Assembly: GCA_028534125.1 (NCBI GenBank)
Contig: CM052818.1
Location: 7,750,001 to 7,814,000, forward strand
Direction: 5' to 3'
Origin: Lama glama
Taxonomy: Eukaryota
DNA length: 64,000 nucleotides
The notes beneath the pieces are model-generated. The model made no database searches. It was not told where the DNA came from and saw only the letters and a program-made list of their open reading frames with translations. Positions 1 to 12,869 of the stretch are shown here, one piece after another. How positions within the stretch are numbered: position 1 is the stretch's first letter; every line of letters starts with the position of its first letter. The position numbers were made by a program, and so were the translations under genes.

Positions 1-1004
1 TTAGATGTGGTGCCTTCTCAGTGTTCTCACCCCTCCTCCAGTGGTAGCCAACCTCTGCTTTGATTGTCATAGGATCTTGGGCTTAAGATGTTTTTCTTCC
101 TTCCCTCAGGACCATGCGTGTTTTGTTTCTACCCCTTACGTGGTGGCCTTGGGGATGAAAGAGTTTGGGGCCCCTTCTCCCTTCACAGTGACTTAAAGCT
201 TTTGCTTTGTATAAGAAGGGCTTGGGGAAGTGGGTGGCATTTGTTCCTTTTCCCTAGTGCAGCCAGTCATCTCCTGCTTGCCTGTGCTACTGAGAGTGAC
301 TCTCTGTTGTCTCCTACCCTGACCCCAGTGTTGCTTGTGAGCACTGGCTGGAGACCCATGGAGAACTTGTGAGTGACTGCAGACTTGCTTTGTGGCTAGG
401 GTTCTCACTTATTCTGAATGTATGTCTACTTGGCCTTTGGAAATTTGTTAAAATGTTAGTTCTTTTCTTATTTGCTTATGGGATGGTCATCTCTTCTTCC
501 TCTGCTTTGCCAAAAGTGATTGCCATGATCTGTCTCTCCTCTGAGGGCCTTGTCACTCCTTGGAATTAGTTCCCTTGGTTCCTGTGACCTCTGTTCTGTG
601 CTAGGTTCAATAAAAGTTATGGTTTCATTAATTATTCCTATGTTTTTCTTGTGGCTAGGGTAGTAATGACATTCTCTTGCATCTTTCTAAATTTAAACAG
701 AAACAGAACGCAAAAGTTTTTAAACTAATGAATCACATGATTAGAATTGCACTTTAGAGGGGTCAATCAGATAGTATGTGGAATGGATTTAAGGTGATAT
801 GGCATGTCCTGTATTTGGAATACTATAACTTTTTTCCTTTGAAGACGCAGCAGCTGCTCAGGAAGCCATCTGTGCAGTTGCCTAAATGTCCTCCACCCAT
901 GTTCCTGTAGCATGCAGTGTCCACTTTCTGGGCCACCAACTTTTAGACAGTCAGTTCTCCAAAGAGACTATCTCTGATTAATCTCTGTAGACTCCAGCCA
1001 GCAC

Positions 1005-1092
1005 AGTACACATGTACACATATGCATACACACACATACATGCCTGTGTTCACATATGCACACATGCGTGTGCATAGGTACATATACACACC
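1005..1092. repeat. Degenerate (CA/TA/TG)n alternating purine-pyrimidine tract
   Basis: acacatgtacacatatgcatacacacacatacatg... Confidence 0.7.
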
Positions 1093-1220
1093 CAAGAGAA
1101 TATTTATTCAGTGCTTCCTATGTGCCAAGAAGTTTTATTAAATGTTTGTTGAACTAATATCTGGAATCGTTAAAATGCTGTATTTTTTCAGGTGAGACGT
1201 GTTGAAGGCCTCGCCTGGGG

Positions 1221-1427
1221 CAGTGTTTCTCAAGTGAGACAGTTTTGACCCCTAGAGGACATTCTGAAATGTTGGGACCATTTTTGGTTGTCACAGTTGA
1301 GGGTGGGACAATACTGGTAACTAGTGAGTAGAGGCCAAGGATGCTGCTGAGCATCCTACAGGACAGCCGCCACAACAACAAATTATCTAGCCCAAAATCT
1401 CAGTAGTGTAGAGGTTGAGAAACTCTG
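1221..1427. mobile_element. MER20 (hAT-Charlie MITE)
   Basis: Terminal inverted repeats CAGTGTTTCTCAA...TTGAGAAACTCTG and the internal gaggccaaggatgctgct motif; about 207 bp. Confidence 0.85.
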
Positions 1428-1469
1428 ACCCAGAGTACTAACTAATGTGTAAAATAATTTGAAAGTATG

Positions 1470-2145
1470 TTTGATGGGACTTAGTCAGTGATTCAATACA
1501 AGGAAACAAGGAAAAGAAGGGATTAAAAACTGAGATGGAGTTTTCAGGTCTGTATGACCAGGAGGATTGTAAAGGCAGCAGTAGTAACTGAAACAGGTAA
1601 GAGGAACAAGTCTGGGAAAGCTCATGGTAGCTCAGTGATGGACTGGAACAAGATGTGTGACTTCAACTCAGTATAAAGTGGTTCAGGACTAGAGATATAT
1701 TAGAAGTCATGAGATTGAGTGATATTGATAAGAGGAAAAATGAGGAAGATAAGAGGGGATTAATGTTGAAGAGCTTTGCATTTAGGAGATAGGAGATAGA
1801 AGGAGGGGAAGATAGGAGGGGAGGAACCAGGAAAGCATTCTGCATACACCATGATCATGTTTCAGGTGGGAGATAGTGTGAGATACTGCAGGACGGTGAG
1901 GAAGGGGCACTAAAAAAAGTTACTAAATTTGGAAGTTAGGACATCTTTAGTGATTTCTCCAGAGAGAAATTTCAGAAGGTTATAAACAGTAGGGAGAAGG
2001 TGGTTTGGGTAGTGGCAAGAACCAAATTTTAAGGGTTAAGAATAAAGATGTAATAGTATCAAGTTTAAGTGATTGAAGAAATATGTAGTGAAGATAAGAT
2101 GGAAAGAATAATATCTTTAGGGAAACAGCAGTGAAGGAAGGTTTG
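1470..2145 (-). mobile_element. L2 LINE fragment
   Basis: Purine-rich, degraded L2-like motifs (gaagtcatgagattgagtgatat; tttggaagttaggacatctttagtgattt). Confidence 0.55.
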
Positions 2146-2149
2146 GGGA

Positions 2150-2735
2150 GTGTTTCCTAGGACTGCCATAACAAATTACCAAGAGTGAGTGGCTTAGAAC
2201 ACAAATTTATTCTCATCGTTCTGGAGGATAGAAGTCCTAAATCAAAGTGTCACCAGACCATGCTCTCTCTAGAGGTTCTAGCAAAGAATCCTTCCCTTCC
2301 TCTTTCTTGTTTCAGGGCTTGTTGTCAGTTGTTGGTATCTCTTGGCTTGTAGATACATCACTTCAAGCTCTGCCTCTGTCTTCATGTGGCCGTCTTTCCT
2401 CTGTGTCTGAATTCCCCTCTCCTTTTTGTTGATTCTTATTTTGTGGTTGGCTTTATTCCTTTGATGTCTATGTAAGTTTAAAACTAAAGCTCTAAACTGT
2501 TCTTATAAACTAAAAAAATTATGTGCAGTATATTGTATATATGTATTTACATGAAATATATTGTATATGTGCAGTCAAATTGTAACCATTCTACCTAATA
2601 ACCCCTCCCCCAAGTAAATTCGCCTCTCCTTTCATTTATAAAGACACTAGTCAGTGGATTTAGGGCCCACTGTAATCCAGTATGACCTTATGTGGCTTCC
2701 AGTAGACATGAATTTTGGGGGATACTACTCAGGAG
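2150..2735 (-). mobile_element. MLT1 (MaLR) solo LTR, interrupted by an insertion at 2426-2616
   Basis: ctgccataacaaattacca...tggcttagaacacaaatttattctca...ggatttagggcccac...gaattttggggga motifs. Confidence 0.8.
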
Positions 2736-2761
2736 TGTAGTTAAAATAAGGGGATATTACC

Positions 2762-3450
2762 ATAGTGAGATACTATTTCAAACCCACTAGAATGGCTAAA
2801 ATAAAAAAGACAATAACAAGTGTTTGTGAGGATATGGAGAAATTGGAACCTTTGTACACTACTGGGTGGGATTGTAAAGTGGTACAGCCACNNNNNNNNN
2901 NNNNNNNNNNNNNNNNNNNNNNNNNNNNNNNNNNNNNNNNNNNNNNNNNNNNNNNNNNNNNNNNNNNNNNNNNNNNNNNNNNNNNNNNNNNNNNNNNNNN
3001 NNNNNNNNNNNNNNNNNNNNNNNNNNNNNNNNNNNNNNNNNNNNNNNNCAAAAAAGTAGAAATAATTCAAATGTCTGTTAATTAATGATTGGGTAAACTA
3101 TGGTGTATTCATGCAATGGAGTATCATGCAGCCATAAAAAGGATTAAGTACTGACACATGTTGCAACATGGATGAACCTTAAAAGCATGTTAAGTGAAAG
3201 AAGCCAGTCACAAAAAGCCACGTATTATATGATTCCATTTCTAGAGATTAATGGTTGCCAGGGGCTGAGGGGAGGGAAGAGCTGGGAGTACCTGCTAATG
3301 GGTATGGGGTTTCTTTTTGGCATGATGAAAATGTTTGTATATTAGTGATGATGGTTATATAACTATAGTTTACTAAAAAAACAGTTAATTGTACACTTCA
3401 AAGGGTTGCATTTTATGATATGTGAATTGTATCTTAAAGCTGTTATTAAT
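2762..3450 (+). mobile_element. Old L1 (L1M) 3' fragment spanning an N gap
   Basis: acccactagaatggctaaaat...ggatatggagaaattggaacc...atggatgaacctt...agtgaaagaagccagtcacaaaa. Confidence 0.85.
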
Positions 3451-3997
3451 AAAAAAGATAAATGGATGTTTGATATATTTCTAGGCTGAAGAGAGACAGA
3501 CTCTTGGGTGATCATAACTTTGCTTATCTTGGTCCAGTCATATGGTGACTTCTACATAGTTCCTGCTGTAGCAGTTTATTAGAACTCATTTTAATAAACT
3601 ATATAAGATTAGTGCATCAAAAATATAATTATTTAGCCCAAATTTTTCTTATAAATGAGAATGATTTATAATTTAAGCTGTGAATTCTAAATGTGGGCCC
3701 AAAGATGATTATCTAAATTATACCAGTATACTGTTCCAGATGTAAGAATAGTAAAATGAATTTACCTAAGTTTAAATTTTCAGTATAGTTCATTGAAAAA
3801 GTCTTCTCTTAATCTTAGTTAGGGTAAATATGATTACTATATTGGCCCACCTACAAAAGAAAAAGAACATTTTAACTCTGCCAGTTACATTGATTTCAGA
3901 TATGATCATGATGACACATTCTTACAATCATGTTTTTTTAAAACTCTATTAATTTGGAGAGTCTGCTTTAATGATTCATCATTGTATATTGAGCCAG

Positions 3998-4185
3998 AAT
4001 AGTAGCCAACGTTTTTTGAGTACTTTGTATCAAGCACTGTTCTTTGTTCTTATTGGCCATCTTTTAAAGTCCTCACAGCAAGCCCTTTGAGATACAGAGA
4101 AATAGGTCACTCAATATAGTGAAGGAACTCACCCAGAGTCACAAAGCTAAGAATTTTAAGAGTTGAGATTTGAACCCAAGCAGAG
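3998..4185 (-). mobile_element. MIR SINE
   Basis: Core motifs: cccagagtcacaaagctaag...gagatttgaacccaagcag. Confidence 0.6.
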
Positions 4186-4407
4186 CCATTTTAAGAAGGG
4201 AAACAGCCTATGTTCTTAGCCATTAAATTATGCTGGCTCTCTCAAAGTATATAGGATTTTTAATGAAGAGTTGTTGAGATTTGCATGAGTAGCAGAGATC
4301 AGAGTTAGATGTGTAGGGTCAGAAAATTTATGTCCTAGGGAACAAGTGGGGATCCAGTGGGCAATCCAGAGGATGTGAACATAATTCTCATTATTTTTCC
4401 CTGCCAG

Positions 4408-4515
4408 TATGAGGTGAAAGCTCCCGTTCCTTCTGCCTGTTTCAGGAATATTTGTAAACAAATGGCAAAAATGCATGAAGCTATATTTGATCTCCTTCCA
4501 GAAGAACAAACACAA
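4408..4515 (+). CDS. VPS54: VPS54 (GARP complex subunit) internal coding exon, third from last
   Basis: ttttccctgccag|TAT...CAA|gtgagt. 108 nt encoding YEVKAPVPSACFRNICKQMAKMHEAIFDLLPEEQTQ, which matches the mammalian VPS54 C-terminal region. Confidence 0.96.
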
Positions 4516-4765
4516 GTGAGTAGAAATTCCTAAAACTACTTCATTATATATAACATAATATGCATGCAGAATTGGAGTGTTTTTATGTACTTTTGGCACA
4601 GTAAAGCTTAGTTCATATCCGAATATGATTATTATTTTTTCCAGTTGTTATATTGACTTCTGGAACATGGATAAAAGTTTCTGATTTCAAAGTGTCCCTT
4701 GCTCTGACAGGCCAGAGCAGTAATAGCTTTGCTGTATAGTCAGCAATTCTAAAGAGCAGATTTTC

Positions 4766-4846
4766 TTTTTTAAATTTTTATTTTTTATTGAAGTATAGTT
4801 GATTTACAGTGTTTCAGGTGTATAGTAAAATGATTGTTACACATAT
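4766..4846 (-). mobile_element. Short 5'-truncated lineage-specific L1 3' end with TSD
   Basis: poly(T) followed by ttattgaagtatagttgatttaca. 16-bp TSD taaagagcagattttc (4750-4765) / taaaaagcagattttc (4847-4862). Confidence 0.8.
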
Positions 4847-7034
4847 TAAAAAGCAGATTTTCATTTGTCCATTGAGTTATCAGAGTCCCGGATTCTACTT
4901 ACATAATTTATTACATTATTAATTTGAAAATCAGGATTGACATTTATTAATGAACAGTAAAATATGTTACTGCGATTATAATCCAAATTGGATAGGGGAG
5001 GAATTAGTGATGGACTTAATAATGAGATGACATTTAAAGTAAACCAATGTTCTTTAATATTAATATTTATTAAATCGGCATAAATGATGTGTAGTAGGCA
5101 CTAACCAGGAAGAATATCTAAGTGGGTAGTCTGTGGCACCTTTTACCTATGAAATATCCATCCTCTGTCCCTGCTGTCTCCCCCGCCCTATTATCAGAGT
5201 TCTCAGCCCTCTTCAGTGGCATTCCTGCCCCCACTTCCCTCCATATCCTTGCCTAGTACTTTAAAGCTTCCAGTATTCCTTTTTTCCCAGTCTTTACCCA
5301 CCTTAGCTTGTTCTCTTTATACCAAGTGATGTCATTCAAGCCTAGTTGTAGAATGATATGTTATAATACAAACCTACTTGTTATATGACTGATGAAATGG
5401 GGTTTTTGCTGTTCAGACAAGTTTGTTATTTCAGTTTATCTCTATTTGGTTGAGTGCGTGGAAATGGTATTTGGGAACAGAGGGTAGCTTTCTTAGTATC
5501 TCTCCCCTGCTCTTTCTCCCGCTAGTCTCCTTTGCCATGCCACCTCAGACTTTCATCCTCTACTAGCTTTTTCCATTTTTTCATGCTTCCCTAGGTTTCC
5601 ATTAATCATACTGGCCCTGTAATTAAATATCATCCAATTCCTTTGGGGCTCACTTAGGACTGAAGATACAGAGCACCCACTAGGGTCTCATTTTTCTTTC
5701 TCAGTCTTTGTAGCCAAGTCATCCTTTCATTCCATGTTTAAGACTTCCCACCTCTGACATTCTGACCTGAATTTTCCATCTGAGTTCTAATTCTCTAGCA
5801 AGGCTTAGCCAAGTCAGGGAGCTTGGTAGACAGGTATTTCGTGTGTTTTTGTCTGCATCATCATTTAAAAGGAACTCTTGTCAAAGTTAAGTAAAAATGA
5901 CAGATTTTATGTCATTATTGTCGCTTGAATACCAGTAATTCCGTAAAACTTTTCCATGGATGACTTATATAATTTTTCCCATAGAAAACACATTTCACAA
6001 AATTGTTTGCATAGAGTAATTGCATATAATTTCAGGTCAGGTATTTCCCAAAAAAGTATTGGACCATTGCATTAAAAATGTGCATGTGGAGTAATAAAAT
6101 ACTTTCAAGTAATTTAGAAGGGTAACGGTAGCTTTGTGTCTACCGTTATGACTTTTTTCAAGTTCCTGGTTAATACACTGCAGAATTCTCCGTCTCTTTG
6201 TATTCTTTTCACCTGTGTGGTAGGTTGCCTTACATATCCCAGAGGACTCCTTCTAAGGGGCAGAAAGGCAATGATAAGTCATATCACTTAAAGTTGTACT
6301 GCTGAAAAGAGGGAAGAGCTTTTTTCAACTAAGGAGAAAAACTATACTGAAGTAACAGTTAAATACTTTTGGAGGAGCATTTTAAAAGTGTATGCCAAGG
6401 CAAAGGCTTTTTAAAAAATATTTTTTCCAAATAATATTGATAACTTAACTACTTATGTCTTCNNNNNNNNNNNNNNNNNNNNNNNNNNNNNNNNNNNNNN
6501 NNNNNNNNNNNNNNNNNNNNNNNNNNNNNNNNNNNNNNNNNNNNNNNNNNNNNNNNNNNNNNNNNNNNNNNNNNNNNNNNNNNNNNNNNNNNNNNNNNNN
6601 NNNNNNNNNNNNNNNNNNTTTTTAGCACATTCTCCCATATTGAATTGTTCAGTTGGTTTTTATTGATTATGCTGTCCTTTTCCCCAGGGCCTCAGAATTG
6701 TAAAGTCAGCAACTTTTGCCTTTTTTTCATCTGTGGAGGTGATAGTTATCTATCATCTATCTACCTCTCTCTGTTAAAGTGTTATATAAATGTCATTACT
6801 TAACTGACCTTATATGTCCATTGTTGAAGCAGGTGTGCTAGTAGCACCTCCTCACGTTACCCAAGTCCTCCCTGTCCAGACAGAACTCCGAGTCCTACTT
6901 GGCCTCTGTGAAGAAGTCACTTAACCTCTGTGCCTTACTTATAAAATGATAGGGATAAATTCCTTCACAGGATTACAAAATTTAGTGTGTACATATTTTA
7001 TTGTAAGCCATTGAACAAATTATATGTATTAGTA

Positions 7035-7270
7035 GTGAAACAGTGTGATATAGAAGAGAAAACAGGATTTAGAATCAGAAAACTTAAGTTCTGCTACTTT
7101 CTAGCTGTGTAACTGAGCAAACCACTTACTGTCTGAGCCTTTATTTTCTTAGATTTGAAAATAGGGAAGATGATAAAAAATGCTGTCATAGGATTTTTGT
7201 TAAGAGTAATGTAGATAAAAGTGTAGGTTTAAAGATTATACAAAATGCAAAGCACTGATCATATAGTTAG
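7035..7270 (+). mobile_element. MIR SINE
   Basis: ttctgctactttctagctgtgtaactgagcaaaccacttactgtctgagcct core. Confidence 0.65.
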
Positions 7271-7437
7271 ACCTTAACGTGGTTTCTTTAGTGTGTTACC
7301 TCGGTTGCATGGATTTTTAGGAATAAAATATTTTGTTCCCTGTTAAAGGAGTTTCAGGCTTAAATTTCAAACTTATAGGAGCAAGTGAAGAAAACATATT
7401 TTAGAGTCAGAAGGTGGCCTTGCCCTTAAAAAAAGTA

Positions 7438-7683
7438 CAGTTGACCCTTGAACAATGCGGGGATTGGGTGGGGGTTATGGGTCCTGACTCTCCAGCAGTT
7501 GAAAATCCACGTATAACTTAGAGCTGGCCCTTCATGTATGGGGTTCCTGCATAGCCACAATTCCACATCCACAGATTCAACCCACAGTAGATGGTGTAAT
7601 GCTGTAGTATTACAACTACTTAAAAACATCTGCGTGTAAGTGGTCCCATGCAGCTCAAACTCATGTTGTTGGAGAGTACAATG
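7438..7683. mobile_element. Tigger2/MER8-family MITE (TcMar)
   Basis: TA followed by the CAGTTGACCCTTGAACAA TIR, internal gaaaatccacgtataact, and a degenerate right TIR. Confidence 0.8.
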
Positions 7684-8264
7684 AATTGATTTTGCAGATA
7701 ATTATTTGGAAGCTTCAGACTGCTGAATCTATCAGCCGGGCTTAATTTAGGAGTTTTATGCAAAAATCTTGATTCTCTCTTTTGATTATTACCTGGTTCT
7801 TTTTTTTTTAATTATTTATTTTCAAAAATTTCAAAGCCATAGAAAAGTTCAAAGACAGTATAACAAATAACAAATACCCCTCAGAGATTATTCAGAAAGC
7901 TAGTAATATTCTAGAGCCCCGTTCCACTCATACCCTTCTACTTTTACTATTTACTCCCATAAATAAATCTGGTTAGTTGGTTGATTTTTCTCAGGCCAGC
8001 AGTTCTGAAGCCTCCAAGTTAACTCATCACCTATTATTTTCTTCACTAATGTAGCTATTTGGCAGTTAGTACAGCTTTAGAGATCTTCACTGTCACATAC
8101 TTTTAAAGACATTGATTCTGTGTAAGCCAGATTTTGTCTTTGAGTTATCCCTTGAAAGATAGAATTCCCTGAAAATTAACTTCTAGACTCTAGCCAAAGA
8201 CATAACAAACTATCTGCTTACAAGGAATTTTCATTTCTGAAATGGCTCTAAAAATTCACCTCTT

Positions 8265-9400
8265 CTTCAAGGTGAAATTCATATAACATAAAATTAACCA
8301 TTTTACAGTTTACGTACGATTCAGGGGTACTTAGTACCTTCACAGCCGCCTCTGTGCAACCACCACCTCTGTCCAGTTGCGAACGTTTTACTACTCCAAG
8401 AGGAAATCCCCTACCCATTAAGGAGTTGCTCCTTAGTCCTTCTTCTCAGCCCTGCACTTTTTTAATGTGATTTACTTTTTCTGTATTTTAAGATATTTTA
8501 AAAGTATGGAGACATTTGGAGAATACTTGTATTCCTGTTACTTGAATTAACATTTGTCATTTTCACTTGAAAAAAATTTTTATGTTCTAAAATTTTTAAG
8601 TTCTAAAATGAAACTGAAGTACCCCTTGACCCCATCTCTAGTCCCTTTCTCTTTTCCTCAACCCTTAGGCAATATTTCTGGTAACTCCAGTCTATATTGT
8701 TTAAGTCCTTCGCATTCTGTGTCTAAAAAAATGTCGAGCTGTTCTTACATGGCATATTGTACATTTGCTGCTTGCTTTTTTCCATGCAACATTGTTTCTG
8801 ATTTATCTATACTGATATATAGAAATTGTCCACTTTTTTACTGCTTTTTTGTATTCTCCCACATGAATCAACCATATGTAATGTGTCCATTTCACCTAGT
8901 AATTGATTTTAGGTCATTACTTTTTTCCATTACAGTCATGCCACAGTGATCTTTATACATGTCTACTGGTGTCATCATTTCTTTAGGGTATATACCTACA
9001 AGTGGACCACAGCACATGTACTTTTCACTTCACTGGGTTTTGCCAGAGTGTTCTCCAAAGTGGCTGTACCAAGTTTGTATTCCCACCTTTTCTCCACATC
9101 TTGCCAACATTTGCTGTTAGATTTAATTATTGCCAGTCTAATGGGATAAATGGTGTTTTGATTTGCATTTCCTGGTATTTGTCACCTTTTAATATATTTG
9201 TCATTCAGGTGACGAATTCCTGTTCCTATTCTTTGTTCATACTCTTTTCCTGTTCATATTCTTTACCCATTTTTTTCTCTTGGGTATTATATTTTTGTTG
9301 ATTTTAGATTTTTGCATATGCCCTCAAACTAATCTTTTCTTGGTTACATATATTGCAGATATTTGCTTTTCTTTTATGTTTTTATCAAACAAAAAATTTC
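8265..9400 (-). mobile_element. Old L1 3' fragments (L1MB/L1ME-like)
   Basis: ggtgaaattcatataacataaaattaaccatttt...; tgccagagtgttctccaaagtggctgtacc...; tttgatttgcatttcc. Confidence 0.7.
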
Positions 9401-10500
9401 AACTTTGTGCTTTTTTGTGGAGACTGTATAGTTGTTTATTAAACATAACGTGGTATTTTAAAATGGAGATTTACTTCAATTTTAATTTTTAATGTGGGAA
9501 CCTTGCCTTAGAAAGGCTCTTTTTTGAGCCATTGTTGTCACTTTCAGTGTACTTACATTATTGCAAGAAGCATTGACACTTTAGAATCTTTTTATGGATT
9601 TTAAAGTACCCTGAATCAGATGAGTTTCAAATGAAAAATATGGTCCTTACTAAATTCTGCCATGTGACCAAAGTTGAAACATTAAGTACGTAAGTCTGAA
9701 GGATGTATGGACTAGACTGTAGTACATGTATTAAGATGTTTACAATACCTTTGTCCCCTTGTAGTCCAGCAGTCCAGAACTTAGGTTTTCATGAAAATAT
9801 CAAAGCTGTATTTCCTCTTTTACAAACTACTAAGTCAAGCTCTCCTATTTGTTTCTCCATGGACCACATCTGTCAGCATATACATCTTATCAGACCAGTC
9901 CCTATTTTTTTGTGTGTGGAGCTTTGATATTTATCTGAGCATTCTTTCCAGGAGTGTTCTTTCATGTATAGGCATTAATGTCACAGCTCAATTCTCAAAA
10001 GTGTAATTCTTTTTTGTCAAGTATTGTTATATTGATTGTCAGTATCAAGTTTTATTGTCTAGTAGTACCTACACACGAATCCCAGCCTTCATTTAAATTC
10101 TTAGGATGGTACTCCAAAACCCTTGTCTCTTTCCCTTTATTTCACTAGTCATACGCAGCTATATTCTAGTCTAGTGACAACTGATTAAAAAAAAAAAAAG
10201 CTTAACCTGTTTTCTTTCTGTTTCATACTGTTTTTAAGATAGATCTATTTTATTGGGCAGAATTATGAAACTGAGTCCAAACTGCATTGTTTTATTCCTT
10301 TTCAAAATATTGAGAGGATTAAATGGTCTAACTATATGGTAGTAGGAATCCTACTAAGAGAAATACATTGATACTTTGTCCCTAGGAAATCTAAATTTTA
10401 AATAATAGTCCAGCAACTAGGATAGGACTCTTACTCTGTGAGCATTGCTACTTTGAAAAGAAAGTGTAAGATTAAAAATAATTTTCTCTCCAATGTTTAG

Positions 10501-10606
10501 GTTGGTCACAGCAGATGTAGCTTTTTACACTGGAAATCTTCAAGCCTTAAAAGGCCTTAAAGATTTGGACCTAAATATGGCCGAGATCTGGGAACAGAAA
10601 AGGTGA
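10501..10606 (+). CDS. VPS54: VPS54 last coding exon
   Basis: ttttctctccaatgtttag|G TTG GTC... encodes (G)LVTADVAFYTGNLQALKGLKDLDLNMAEIWEQKR*, the VPS54 C-terminus. Stop TGA at 10604-10606. Confidence 0.97.
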
Positions 10607-11915
10607 TGACATACTGGGAAACTGGGTAGTTCATCTGACCATGTGATGTGTATGTTCATGACAAGAATATGGATGCCTGTGATCCAAGAGCTGAACCTGG
10701 AACCCAAAGTAAACTGGTGTTGGGGAAGGGGAAGAGGAAGGTATCAGTGTTGGGAAACTGGGATTCAGTGGGATCTACAAGGAATGCCATTNNNNNNNNN
10801 NNNNNNNNNNNNNNNNNNNNNNNNNNNNNNNNNNNNNNNNNNNNNNNNNNNNNNNNNNNNNNNNNNNNNNNNNNNNNNNNNNNNNNNNNNNNNNNNNNNN
10901 NNNNNNNNNNNNNNNNNNNNNNNNNNNNNNNNNNNNNNNNNNNNNNNNNNNNNNNNNNNNNNNNNNNNNNNNNNNNNNNNNNNNNNNNNNNNNNNNNNNN
11001 NNNNNNNNNNNNNNNNNNNNNNNNNNNNNNNNNNNNNNNNNNNNNNNNNNNNNNNNNNNNNNNNNNNNNNNNNNNNNNNNNNNNNNNNNNNNNNNNNNNN
11101 NNNNNNNNNNNNNNNNNNNNNNNNNNNNNNNNNNNNNNNNNNNNNNNNNNNNNNNNNNNTTTTAGTGACCAATGTCGAGTTTTAGGCTTTGTGTGTTGCA
11201 TATTTAATCTTTCTACCACCGGTGTATGTCAACTGGGTAAAGCCTTCCAAGACAGTCGAAATACTTGACAGGTTGATCTCAAGTAATAACTAAGATTTTG
11301 GTGTTTATTTATGCAACTACTAATTTCAGTACTTTTCAGATGTGGTATATGGAAGCCTGCAGTTTAACAGCTGTATTTTTATAAAAGTATCTATGAAGGG
11401 TTGGGGTTGTTTTTTGATCTTTTTTTTTCGCCTTTTTATTTGTAGCAGAGGTAAGAATACGTTTTCATATATTCTGCCTACTTACGAGTTCTCATTTTAA
11501 CATTTAGATAACATTGAAGTTTGGCCCCCTTAGGTTCTTATTTCTAAGTTACTTTCAATGTGTGTATGAACAAAGACCAGGGAGAAGTAGAATTTTAAAA
11601 TATAGGCTGCTGTGTTGGGGCCAGAAATAAAAGTGATGAGTAAGTTATTTAAAGACTTTTATAATACCTACCTTCAAAATTAGAATCAGCAGCACTCTAC
11701 AAATTAAAGTGCCTGTGCTTCACTTCACACCAGGAATCTTGCCTAACCCTGTCAGAGTGCCTAACCTTGTGGTGATTCTGTACAATGAAATAGTCTTATT
11801 TTGTGCTCTTCTGTTTCCTAAAAGGAAAGCCTGTTTTCGTTCCTTTCTCATTACAAAGGTATGTCACTGGTTCTTAACTGTCTGTCTTAAAATAAAGCTG
11901 TAAAAAATTATCAGA
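10607..11915 (+). other. VPS54: VPS54 3' UTR (partly in an N gap)
   Basis: Follows the stop codon; AT-rich; AATAAA at 11626-11631 and 11891-11896. The 3' end is approximate. Confidence 0.7.
11891..11896 (+). terminator. Probable VPS54 polyadenylation signal
   Basis: AATAAA about 1.3 kb after the stop, with a T-rich tract at ~11930. Confidence 0.6.
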
Positions 11916-12523
11916 CGTTAAAAGACAACTTTTTTTTTTAATAGTATACAGTAAACTTTTTAAACAAGCAGCTTACTCAAAAACAAGTATGGAAGAATCA
12001 GTTCTTAGAGAAAAGCCGCAAATCAGACTCCAGCAGACCTGATTGGGAAGGTTATTCATGAACATTTTTCAGTGACAACAAGCAAGCTTCAAGAAGTGAA
12101 GCTTCAAGGAAAGGGAACTTTATAAAGTTATACCCCCACCTCACTAGAGAACAAGGATGTGAAAAAAACACCCTACCTCTACCCACCCCACCCCCTTCAG
12201 CTGGGAAAGGAAACACTGCTTTGTTTCAGTAAATGGGGAGTCTGTGGAAAGCATGGCAGGCATCCCAGCCTTAGACCTAGACGAAAGGTACTGAACACCT
12301 TCCAGTTTAATTCCTATGGAAATAATGATGTGGTTAAGAGTCTTAGAAATGCACAAACTGGATTTGTTAGGTAGCTGGCCAGTGAATACTTAAAAATAGT
12401 CCAAGAGCAAATCTTCCAACTGATAGAAAAACTGTTTGTTTAGCAAGAGTAAACCAGTTTTCTTCACCATTTTGTAAAGTTATCATTGAAAAGTATAAGT
12501 GTACACATGTATTGCTTCACAGC

Positions 12524-12529
12524 TTTATT
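12524..12529 (-). terminator. Probable UGP2 polyadenylation signal
   Basis: TTTATT on + (AATAAA on -), about 340 nt downstream of the UGP2 stop. Confidence 0.7.
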
Positions 12530-12869
12530 TTTGAAATCACAAGCCGTTCAAAGTGACCGTCATTGAGGCCTCTGTTAATAGATTTTCCAGCAGAGCTGCC
12601 TCAGTTTTAAGACTGAACAATATTGCACTTTAAGATGAATTCACTTTCAGGATCCTCTTCAAAAAAGAAAAGTATTGCTTCCACCTTTGCTTTTCTCAGA
12701 CTAAAAGCATACATACTGCAGAAAACTCTACTTTAAAAATTAACACTTGCAGGGTACAGTAACATAGTAAAGTACCTGCTTTTTTAAGAATCCTAAAGAA
12801 CATTTCATTGTAAGAAACTGTTTAGCCCATAATTAGTATAAAGTAAGTGTACAGACAGTATTTTTCATT

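Noticed and set aside
10643-11268. Long ORFs spanning N runs (also 2741-3085, 6453-6638, 27117-27356)
   Set aside because: Artefacts of translating assembly gaps.
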